In this document: piece after piece, positions 20,029-27,624 of the stretch
How the letters are laid out: every line of letters begins with the position of its first letter
Numbering within the stretch: the first letter of the stretch is position 1
Assembly: GCA_964510575.1 (NCBI GenBank)
Contig: CAZECN010000007.1
Coordinates: forward strand, 8,184-72,183
Reading direction: 5' to 3'
DNA: 64,000 bases
Origin: an uncultured Bdellovibrionales bacterium
GTDB lineage: Bacteria > Bdellovibrionota_C > UBA2361 > SZUA-149 > CALKYB01
Notes under the pieces: model-generated
Database searches by the model: none
What the model was told of the DNA's origin: nothing
Seen by the model: only the letters and a program-made list of their open reading frames with translations
Translations under genes and position numbers: made by a program

Positions 20029-20293
20029 AGCCGAGCGCAAGCGAGGCCATTAGACAAGGTCTGGCTCTTGCGGAGCAAGGAATAGCCTGACGTAGGACTA
20101 CAAAAGAAATGCGAAGAGCATTTGCTCCCCCTTACTCAACCTCTAAATATGCTTTTCAAGACCTTTGTCTTGCCTAAATTAATATTAATCCCAAAAATCG
20201 AGGTGTTTGGAGACTTCAGAGGCAAAATGCTGGTCGCATTTTACTATATACTAGGCGCAGTATTTGTCTATTGGCCATGCTAACTCATGGGAG

Positions 20294-20351
20294 ATATACT
20301 CAACCCTGATAATAATTATAAAAGTCGAAATTCATACTAGGTTGAGTATAT
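20294..20351. repeat. palindromic element (caacc subfamily)
   Basis: Perfect 12-bp stem atatactcaacc / ggttgagtatat with a 34-nt loop containing gtcgaaattcatacta. Confidence 0.85.
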
Positions 20352-20494
20352 TTCAGAAAGGGTAAAAATTGTATTCTATTGCCAACAGTCTAAGTTTAGA
20401 TGCTTTTGACTATTTACTGCTATACTTTCGTCAAAGACAAAGAGCTAAAAAGTCTTCAATGGCTTGGTCTAGCGATTTCAATATTAGGGACTGA

Positions 20495-21307
20495 ATGAAG
20501 AACAAAATAAAAAACAAGGAAGGCTTAAGCCTAGTACTCTGGTGGATCGGACTTACCTTTTCTATTGGTTTTTTGTTTCCCTTCATCACAAATCTGTTCA
20601 GCTCAAAAAATACGACAGCGACCACGCTACTAACAGCTGAGCCGCAAGCTACTCAGAGTGAATTGGAACCAGCTGACGCTATTCAAGAGTCTCAACAAAG
20701 CTCCCCCAACACTGCTGCCTCATCACCTTTCCCGGTTCCAGTTTCCGGTCCAGCTGAAATTCAACGAAAATACAACACTCCAAGCCCAGCTAATCCTAGC
20801 AACTCGGCTGGCGACCCGACTAAAAACCCGAGGAACCCATATATTAAGTTGATGCAAGCTCAGAAGGCTGCTCGAGAAAAAAACTTAGCGGTGAGAAATA
20901 AAGACCGAGTCTATGACGAGGGTGGCCTCAATAAAGCTCTTGAGTCGATTCACTCTGGTAAAGTTAACCCAGGGCAAGCTAAAAAAAGAAACCTATATTT
21001 CGAAAAGCTCTCCAATCAATTAAAAGAACTTCAAGGACAAAATCAGGCCCAAAAGCCAGTTAACAAAGAAAACTTAAATCCAGAAGGTGTTGCTAATGAC
21101 AAAGGTGATAGATTCGCCAGTCCAGGGCAAGACCACGAAGATAGCGAGTTCGATGATCTGGACTTGGAGGATTCCGATATAGGGGATGACTTCGAGGAAG
21201 GAGAAGAGTTTGTTGATGATGCTCTAGATCCAGAGTTAGAGTTAGAGGATGATCAGGCTAGGCTTCCTGAGGACGAATTCGAAGACCTACCCTTAGAGGA
21301 TCAATAG
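20495..21307 (+). CDS. hypothetical membrane-anchored protein with Pro/Ser/Gln-rich region and extremely acidic C-terminal tail
   Basis: ATG after AGGGA. N-terminal TM segment LSLVLWWIGLTFSIGFLFPFI. The last ~70 aa are dominated by D/E (DLDLEDSDIGDDFEEGEEFVDD...). Confidence 0.5.
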   Translation: MKNKIKNKEGLSLVLWWIGLTFSIGFLFPFITNLFSSKNTTATTLLTAEPQATQSELEPADAIQESQQSSPNTAASSPFPVPVSGPAEIQRKYNTPSPANPSNSAGDPTKNPRNPYIKLMQAQKAAREKNLAVRNKDRVYDEGGLNKALESIHSGKVNPGQAKKRNLYFEKLSNQLKELQGQNQAQKPVNKENLNPEGVANDKGDRFASPGQDHEDSEFDDLDLEDSDIGDDFEEGEEFVDDALDPELELEDDQARLPEDEFEDLPLEDQ

Positions 21308-21309
21308 TT

Positions 21310-22857
21310 TCAACCCCCATAATCATCTTCCCAATTGGAAAACTCTTCAAAAAGCTGTTGACTTCCTTCCCCCACACTTGCTCTGAAGCCGATCCTCTTT
21401 TGAACTGAAACTTGAGAAATCAACTTAAAGAAGGGTGAGCCCTTGTCGATCAGTAACCAGTCATAGTTGCCAGCTTGTAGCTTAGCCTCCCAACCAGCTG
21501 CAGCCTGAATAATATCCAAAAAGTCTATGTAGGCCTGCTGTCCGTTTAACTGGTTCCTATCATCAATAGAAGCAAATTGTTGTGGCCAAAGTTGGAAAGC
21601 AAATGCACCTCCGAAGTCTGGAGAATGGAATATCCGTGCCCTAACTGGTTCGGCCTTCAACACAGCGAGTATTTTTTTCGGCAGCATCTCCGGAGCAAAT
21701 CGGGTATCAGAAGCAAAAAAGTTATGAACTATCAAAACGCTAAGAAAACACAGCGAGGTCCAGCGAATAGAAGAGCGCAAAACATTCTTTTGCTCAATAG
21801 ACTGAAAAGCCCTAGCCAACGCACTAGACTTCTCTCTCCTAACAGCCCACCAGTTCTGCACCATCAAAGCCAAAGGCACAGCACAAGCGATACTATAAAA
21901 AGGAATGTAGCGTCTCTGCATCAAAGAAGCTGTAGAGAATACAAGTAGCAAGCCACATTCAAAAAAATTAAGTTCTTTTCCATAGCCTGAAACCAGCAAC
22001 GACACTCCAAGCAAGAAGCTAATCAGAAAAAACAGAAAATAGAATAAATGAAAATCAGGGCTTAACCATTCAGTATTTAGATTCATAAAAAAATCGCTAC
22101 CAGCCAAGCCAAAGATATTTTGCCAAAGACCTAGCCCAAAAGGATTTAGGAATGTGGCTAGAACGCTTAAGATCAAGACAATAAAATAAGTTGAAGACGC
22201 TGAATCCTTGAGTGCTTTCCCTTCAAGCAGTCTTGATGCAACACAGCTTGCAATTGCTAAAACCAAAAGGGCAATTCCAAGAATGAAAGCAGGGTGAAGA
22301 TTACACCAGAGGCTGAAAACTAAAGGTAGAAATAAGAGCTTCTTTTTAGAAATTCGCCCTCGCTTCTCAAGCACCAGCAAATGGCAGACAATTGCAAAGA
22401 AAAGAAACGAGAAAAGAACTGGTCTTACAATCCACTGGACTGCCCCCATAAATAAACAAAGGAAGAGAATTCCTGCACTAATAAGTGGCGAAATGGTTAA
22501 TCGTCTGAAAGAACCTAAAACGATTATAAAGTAGATCAAGAAAACACAGACAGCTACAAGCGAGTTTAAACCTGACCAGCCCAAGTTATCTTGAATATTG
22601 AAAAGAAACAGATCGGACAACCATTGGTTGTTAACCCAGCTACGAGCGGTTCCTGGGTGAAGAAAACTATCTTCAGTGATACCGGCCCCTATCAGACCTG
22701 ATGAATTTTCTGAGATTAAGCTCCCAGCTCTAAGGTGCCAGCCTGCACCAGGGTCACCTGAAAGTGAGGGAACAACCAGCAGAAAAGCCAGCCCCACCAA
22801 AAGACCCACTATATCAGTCAGACTTGGTATTAGTTTATTTGCTCTCCCTCCGGCCAT
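21310..22857 (-). CDS. polytopic membrane protein (>=10 TM) with C-terminal soluble domain; possible GT-C-fold glycosyltransferase
   Basis: 515-aa ORF with many hydrophobic helices across residues ~10-390. The function is guessed from topology only. Confidence 0.55.
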   Translation of the reverse strand: MAGGRANKLIPSLTDIVGLLVGLAFLLVVPSLSGDPGAGWHLRAGSLISENSSGLIGAGITEDSFLHPGTARSWVNNQWLSDLFLFNIQDNLGWSGLNSLVAVCVFLIYFIIVLGSFRRLTISPLISAGILFLCLFMGAVQWIVRPVLFSFLFFAIVCHLLVLEKRGRISKKKLLFLPLVFSLWCNLHPAFILGIALLVLAIASCVASRLLEGKALKDSASSTYFIVLILSVLATFLNPFGLGLWQNIFGLAGSDFFMNLNTEWLSPDFHLFYFLFFLISFLLGVSLLVSGYGKELNFFECGLLLVFSTASLMQRRYIPFYSIACAVPLALMVQNWWAVRREKSSALARAFQSIEQKNVLRSSIRWTSLCFLSVLIVHNFFASDTRFAPEMLPKKILAVLKAEPVRARIFHSPDFGGAFAFQLWPQQFASIDDRNQLNGQQAYIDFLDIIQAAAGWEAKLQAGNYDWLLIDKGSPFFKLISQVSVQKRIGFRASVGEGSQQLFEEFSNWEDDYGG

Positions 22858-23134
22858 TGAACCAGACTACAGCAATCAAACTGTGAGGTGTAGGCTATTT
22901 TTATTTAGACGTAGGTAGACAAATGGGAAAGTTGACCCATCACCATTCCTAGACAAAACAAAAAGGCAAAAATTGCTATTCTCGACCACATAATCGTACT
23001 TTTCTCCGTTGATGCGGCGCATTTATTATACGTTAATTGAGTAAATCTCAAATCTACTGCCTAAACTGCAGTAGTCTTTGTAATGGCCATGCTCAATTAT
23101 GGGCGTTATAATGCTCAAAGGTCGTAATGGACTA

Positions 23135-23190
23135 TATACTGCGCCTCATTGAAATTTCGGTTTTGCAAGATTAAGCATAGGCGCAGTATA
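23135..23190. repeat. palindromic element (gcgcc subfamily, inverted orientation)
   Basis: Perfect 12-bp stem tatactgcgcct / aggcgcagtata with a 32-nt loop. Reverse-complemented, the loop reads ...ccgaaatttcaatg. Confidence 0.85.
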
Positions 23191-23385
23191 AGCCGAGCGT
23201 AAGCGAGGCCAAAAAACCATATACTCAACCTCTAAATATGCTTTTCAAGACCTTTAGGTCTTGTCTAAATTAATTATTAATTCGGAAAATCTAGGTATTT
23301 CGAGACTCTAGGGGCAAAACGCTGGCCGCGTTTTACTAAATACTAGGCGCAGTATTTGTCTAATGGCCATGCTAACGCATGGCAG

Positions 23386-23442
23386 ATATACTCAACCCTG
23401 CTAGACCATTATAGGACGAAATTTAAACTAGGTTGAGTATAT
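23386..23442. repeat. palindromic element (caacc subfamily)
   Basis: Perfect 12-bp stem atatactcaacc / ggttgagtatat with a 33-nt loop containing gacgaaatttaaacta. Confidence 0.85.
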
Positions 23443-23458
23443 TGTTAAAGGGGAAGAA

Positions 23459-23902
23459 ATGCTAGACAAAATTAAGGGCTTATTAGCAGGAGAGGAAGAT
23501 TCCCTGGATATTACCAAAGACGGGGCTGCGTCCATAGAGGAGCTTCAAGTAGCTTGTGGAGTATTACTCTTAGAAATGTCCGGTCGCGATCAGGACTACG
23601 CACCTGAGGAAGTTCAAGCCATTTTTTCCGCAATGGCTGATAAATTTCAGATAGAAGACCAGCAGGAAATCTATAAGCTTCTTGAAAAGTCCCAAGGCGA
23701 AATAGACAAGGCTGGGAAAATTGACCAATTTATAGAGACTATTAATAAGAGCTACACCGAAGCCCAAAAAATTCAAATCGTAGAAATGGCAAAATCTGTA
23801 ATGCAGGCCGACGGTGCTGTAGAAAAAGACGAAAAGAAATTTCTGACTCAGATCGCCACCAGATTGCAGCTTAGCAAGGAAACTATAGCCTCCCTGCTTT
23901 AA
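23459..23902 (+). CDS. TerB-like (tellurite-resistance TerB / DjlA-N family) protein
   Basis: 147 aa. Two helical repeats with the TerB-like pattern (...MSGRDQDYAPEEVQAI... and ...MQADGAVEKDEKKFLTQIATRLQL). RBS AAAGGGGAAG. Confidence 0.6.
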   Translation: MLDKIKGLLAGEEDSLDITKDGAASIEELQVACGVLLLEMSGRDQDYAPEEVQAIFSAMADKFQIEDQQEIYKLLEKSQGEIDKAGKIDQFIETINKSYTEAQKIQIVEMAKSVMQADGAVEKDEKKFLTQIATRLQLSKETIASLL

Positions 23903-24029
23903 AAAGGCCGCTTTTAAAAAAGTCTAAAAATAAAACTAAAATAGTATTTCTTAATTGAATTTCCTCACAACTGCCCTCGTCTCTTTAGGGTAGCCATTTC
24001 TTATTTAACCAGTGGCAAGTGAGATAATT

Positions 24030-24449
24030 ATGTTCAAATCATCATTTTCAGGTTTCAAGTTCGCAATACTGGCAATTAGCCTTTTAATACCTTCAGTTGG
24101 TTCAGCTTATCAGTCAGACTATTACTCCGGCGACAGCTACAATCATCCTCTCACTCCGAAGGGAGGTAGCTACGGACCAGCTGTTAGCCATATTGATTCT
24201 AAAAGGCAGATAAAGAAGCTTCGCCACCTTAAAAGACAAGAGCGAAGAATAAACAAAATTCTCGATCAACGAAGACATAGGAAGCTAAGAAATAACTATG
24301 CAAGACTAGCTAACCCTCTTCGAAGTTCCTCGCGTAAGTTAGTTAGAAATAATCGAAAATATATTTCTCCGAATAGGCTTGGAAATACTAGTCAAAGATA
24401 CAACCGATATTCCCCGTATAACCCAGTAGTATGCAGTAGTAGGTTTTAG
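24030..24449 (+). CDS. hypothetical secreted, highly basic (Arg/Lys/Asn-rich) protein
   Basis: Signal-peptide-like MFKSSFSGFKFAILAISLLIPSVGSA|YQ, followed by an R/K-rich low-complexity region. A strong terminator lies downstream. Confidence 0.5.
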   Translation: MFKSSFSGFKFAILAISLLIPSVGSAYQSDYYSGDSYNHPLTPKGGSYGPAVSHIDSKRQIKKLRHLKRQERRINKILDQRRHRKLRNNYARLANPLRSSSRKLVRNNRKYISPNRLGNTSQRYNRYSPYNPVVCSSRF

Positions 24450-24516
24450 ACTGTTAACACAACGCTCGGCTTAAACCCTCAGCCCTATGATTTCTTAAGC
24501 CGAGCAACCCTCTTCA

Positions 24517-24551
24517 CCTCGGAGCCAATGCCCTGGCTCCGGGGTTTTTTA
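24517..24551 (+). terminator. rho-independent terminator
   Basis: 11-bp GC-rich stem cctcggagcca / tggctccgggg (one G-U pair), 6-nt loop, then TTTTTT at 24545-24550. Confidence 0.75.
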
Positions 24552-24696
24552 TCCTTAAAGCTTCTCAGTTTCGAACCTTTGGTGCTTCCGAAGCCCAAGA
24601 AATTATTTGAATGAATTCAATAAGCTAAGCCAATCTGAGAAGGTTTGCGCCAGTGGACTGATAAAGCCGCATAACATATCCAAGGAGAACTAAACC

Positions 24697-25734
24697 TTGG
24701 CAGAATTTGAAGACAAAAAACATGGCCAGATGAGCCTTTCTGACCTTTGCATTGGCAAAGAGACTAATGCTGTACTCGATGACTTCCAAAAAAAAGGTTT
24801 AGCAATTGCGCAAGATCAAGCTACCCAAAACAGAATAGAGGTCAGCCATGGCACTGTAGTAGCAGCACTCAGCCAGAGCGCCTCTAGCCAAGCAGTGGAA
24901 CGGATTCACATAGCTGACAAATCTCAACTTAAGGATTTCTCCACTAAAATTAAAGAGCTGGCTGAGAGAAAGAAAAACGGACATAGCTGTGCTGATGACC
25001 TGGTCTTAGCTTGGGAAAAGAGAAGCTCCAGAGCTGAACTTCATACAATGAGCGAAGTGCTTATTCATGAAGCAATTAAAAACGACGCTTTACTTCCGCT
25101 AGTGCCAAATTTAATCAAAGTTCATCAAGCTGTAGCTCAGTACCCTGAAAGTCATCTGGACAGAATAGATAATCTCATCAAAGCCTCAGCAACAATGCCT
25201 GAGATGGTCGAATTTATTGAAGCGCTAAATTCAGCGCGAGAAGTTGGAATAAAAATACACTTGGCTGCTGGGAATTACAGGGACACTTCCGACAGAGACT
25301 CAAACTCAATGGCTCTAGCTTTAAACAGAGGTGACGAACTAGTCGGAGCAGTTAAGTCAAATAAGGGCTTAATTGAAGATTATTCACGGGACGGTTACGG
25401 TATTCGCCCGAACACCTATCATACTGGAACCCATCTCACCCAAATCACGCCGGAAGGAGTGGATCTTGATAACGATGGAAAAACAGATCTTACCTTTTCA
25501 GAAATTATAGTTGAAAACCCTCAAACAGAATCCATCATTTTTCCTACTGGTGACTTAAAACTTCCATCTCGTGAACTAACTGGAAGTATTATTTCTGGAA
25601 CATCATTCTCTGTTCCAAAAAATACTGGCAAAACTGGTCAATCATTCTTTGAAATCGGCAAAGCCACCAAGCCCGAGTCTACCAGCTCAGCGCAGACAAC
25701 TTTCTCAACAAAAATCGAAAAATCTAATAAATAG
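24697..25734 (+). CDS. divergent subtilisin-like (S8) serine peptidase homologue, no signal peptide
   Basis: TTG start 9 nt after AAGGAG. Motifs occur in S8 order: AVLDD (Asp), SHGTVVAAL (His), LAAGN (oxyanion Asn), SGTSFSVP (Ser). Long inserts lie between His and Asn. Confidence 0.45.
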   Translation: MAEFEDKKHGQMSLSDLCIGKETNAVLDDFQKKGLAIAQDQATQNRIEVSHGTVVAALSQSASSQAVERIHIADKSQLKDFSTKIKELAERKKNGHSCADDLVLAWEKRSSRAELHTMSEVLIHEAIKNDALLPLVPNLIKVHQAVAQYPESHLDRIDNLIKASATMPEMVEFIEALNSAREVGIKIHLAAGNYRDTSDRDSNSMALALNRGDELVGAVKSNKGLIEDYSRDGYGIRPNTYHTGTHLTQITPEGVDLDNDGKTDLTFSEIIVENPQTESIIFPTGDLKLPSRELTGSIISGTSFSVPKNTGKTGQSFFEIGKATKPESTSSAQTTFSTKIEKSNK

Positions 25735-25756
25735 AACCAAGACTTTTCCCTATAAG

Positions 25757-25817
25757 ATTACGCTGAAACCACTTTGAATTTCGTGTTTGGCTAAAGCTTA
25801 TATTAGGTTTCAGTAAT
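25757..25817. repeat. palindromic element (gaaac subfamily, inverted orientation)
   Basis: Stem ctgaaacc / ggtttcag (8-9 bp). The loop read in reverse complement, ...gccaaacacgaaattcaaagt, is nearly identical to the loop of 52811-52871. Confidence 0.7.
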
Positions 25818-25852
25818 TCGTTGTCTGGCAGTGCCCTGCAACGCTTATACCT

Positions 25853-26617
25853 CTAAAGAGCTATACGGTCATTTGAACTAGGAAAAGTGCTTCGCCAGGA
25901 ATCAACAGAAGTAGTGTCAAGGTTTCCTAGGACCAGACCTTGAGAGCCCGAGCCCCTGGAGACAATCTCTCCTTTCGGCGAAATAAGCATCGAGCCTCCA
26001 AGATAGTGGAACTTACCGCCCTTACCTACTCTGTTTACTCCTGCCACCCAAGCTTGAGTGTCAATAGCTCTGGCTTGAAGTAGCGTCTCCCAATGAGCCT
26101 GTCTTTCAGAAGGCCAATTTGCAGGCACAATGTATAAATTAATATCCTCAGCGCCCTTACTAAAACAATAGTCAAAGCGAAGGTCGTAGCAAATCAGAGG
26201 TCGAATGCTTAGCCCTTTAACTTTGGCTTCAACCAGCTTTCCCCCTGCCTTATACCTTTTATCTTCACCAGCATAAGAAAACAGGTGTATCTTTGAATAC
26301 TCCAAAATCTTGCCCTCAGGGCCCCACATTTGAAAAAGATTTTCTGGCTTTTCTTCACCTTTTTTCAAGCGAGCAAAAGAACCACAAACATAAAGACCAT
26401 GCTCAGTTGCAATATCCTTCAGCGCGGCTTCACTTTTCTCTCCAGCTTCAATGGCTTCCTCACCTTCAAGAAAGAAAAAACCTGAGCTAAATACCTCGGG
26501 CAACACCAAAAGCTCTGCTCCTCGCTCTGCCGCATCTTGCGCAAAATTCTTGCTTTTTGTGATATTCGCTTCAACGTCTCGACTAACTAGATCAAGCTGA
26601 GCGAGAGCGAGCTTCAT
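25853..26617 (-). CDS. yafV: carbon-nitrogen hydrolase family amidase (YafV/omega-amidase-like)
   Basis: Glu-Lys-Cys triad contexts LVLPE, YSKIHLF and LICYDLRF. PANWPSERQAHWETLLQARAIDTQAWVAGVNRVG is colinear with E. coli YafV. The ATG overlaps the purQ stop (ATGA). Confidence 0.85.
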   Translation of the reverse strand: MKLALAQLDLVSRDVEANITKSKNFAQDAAERGAELLVLPEVFSSGFFFLEGEEAIEAGEKSEAALKDIATEHGLYVCGSFARLKKGEEKPENLFQMWGPEGKILEYSKIHLFSYAGEDKRYKAGGKLVEAKVKGLSIRPLICYDLRFDYCFSKGAEDINLYIVPANWPSERQAHWETLLQARAIDTQAWVAGVNRVGKGGKFHYLGGSMLISPKGEIVSRGSGSQGLVLGNLDTTSVDSWRSTFPSSNDRIAL

Positions 26618-27330
26618 GCTTCAAGACCTGAGGAACCTGAACCCTGAATATTAGAGATTACTTTTTTAAGTAAGTCTCTGCCTGCACTTGAAACATGATA
26701 AGAATCAAAAGCCCGTTCAGGATGAGGCATCATACCTAAAACATTTCCATGACGACTTAAAATCCCTGCGATTCCTTTCGCAGAGTCATTATAAGGATTA
26801 TCTGGGTCGAAATCGCCATACTGATTCACATAACGAAGAAAAATTTTACCATTTTCTTCTAGCTCTTTGAGCGAGCGTTTATCAGCCCAATAACGGCCAA
26901 AATAACAGCCAATCGGAATTTGTATAGGTTCTTTCCGTTCACAATCAACAGTAAGTTCACTTTCAGTTTTCTCTACGCGCAAGAAAACTTCTGAGCTATC
27001 AAAGGAAAGACTTGAGTTAGAAAGTAAAGCCCCTGGCAACAACTCTAGCTCACAAAGAAGTTGAAAGCCGTTGCCGATGCCAATAACTTTCCCGCCTTTT
27101 GAGGCAAATCGTTTTACTAAACCACTGGCTGGAGACAATCTGGCAAGAGCTCCTGGTCGAAGATAATCTCCAAAGGAAAAGCCGCCGGGGAGAACTACCA
27201 GGTCAGGATCTCTAAGAGACTCTTCACTGTGCCAAACAGAATAAGTCTCACAAGGTTCAAGTTCAGAAAAAACCCGCTTAGTTTCGTTGAAGCTACTGCT
27301 ACCAGGATACTCTACTATAGCAACTTTCAT
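26614..27330 (-). CDS. purQ: FGAM synthase glutaminase subunit PurQ homologue lacking the nucleophile Cys
   Basis: Colinear with B. subtilis PurQ (LPGGFSFGDYLR, MMPHPER). The conserved G-(I/V)-C-N-G-F-Q motif reads GIGNGFQ here; residue 86 is GGC, the complement of nt 27073-27075. Confidence 0.85.
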   Translation of the reverse strand: MKVAIVEYPGSSSFNETKRVFSELEPCETYSVWHSEESLRDPDLVVLPGGFSFGDYLRPGALARLSPASGLVKRFASKGGKVIGIGNGFQLLCELELLPGALLSNSSLSFDSSEVFLRVEKTESELTVDCERKEPIQIPIGCYFGRYWADKRSLKELEENGKIFLRYVNQYGDFDPDNPYNDSAKGIAGILSRHGNVLGMMPHPERAFDSYHVSSAGRDLLKKVISNIQGSGSSGLEA

Positions 27331-27345
27331 CGAACAGTAGCCCTA

Positions 27346-27597
27346 TTACACAGTATCAATGCTGACTATCTCAAGCTCTTCAGTACTAGGGCTAACCAGT
27401 ATCTTTTTGGCCATCTCAAGCACCCGTTCATTCACGGTATCTAGGTCAGCTGTATTAAAATCTAACTCAATGAGCTTTCCTATTCTCGCTTGGGCGACAT
27501 CAGTAAAACCAGCATCAGCCAGTCTAGTGGCCACAGTCCTACCAGCAGCGTCACTTATTTCTTCTTTAAGTTTGACAATAATTTTGGCTCTAATCAC
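27346..27597 (-). CDS. purS: FGAM synthase subunit PurS
   Basis: 83 aa with a PurS-like sequence (KIIVKLKEEISDAAG...). Located between purB and purQ. GTG start. Confidence 0.85.
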   Translation of the reverse strand: MIRAKIIVKLKEEISDAAGRTVATRLADAGFTDVAQARIGKLIELDFNTADLDTVNERVLEMAKKILVSPSTEELEIVSIDTV

Positions 27598-27624
27598 TAA
27601 AACACCTAAATAGGATAATAACTT

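Larger units (their letters stand above)
19969..20352. repeat. composite structured non-coding repeat, copy A (homologous to 23131-23443)
   Basis: Colinear similarity to copy B in two blocks: 19969-20049 vs 23131-23210, and 20131-20352 vs 23217-23443. An ~80-nt insertion (20050-20130) is present only in A. Built from the palindromic elements listed separately. Confidence 0.8.
23131..23443. repeat. composite structured non-coding repeat, copy B (homologous to 19969-20352)
   Basis: See copy A. Copy B ends 16 nt before the start codon of the TerB-like gene. Confidence 0.8.

Noticed and set aside
20149-20289. 46-codon ORF inside repeat copy A.
   Set aside because: The homologous position in copy B terminates after 10 codons because of an indel, so the repeat is not conserved as coding sequence.
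19969-23443. Possibility that the palindromic repeats form a CRISPR array or integron attC sites.
   Set aside because: The repeats are not identical units at regular spacing, and no cas genes are present, so this is not CRISPR. The attC analogy (conserved outer boxes, variable complementary inner stems) is tempting. However, the outer boxes are TATAC/GTATA rather than RYYYAAC/GTTRRRY, no intI is present, and copies also sit between core genes (nqrA/yajQ, M48/surE).
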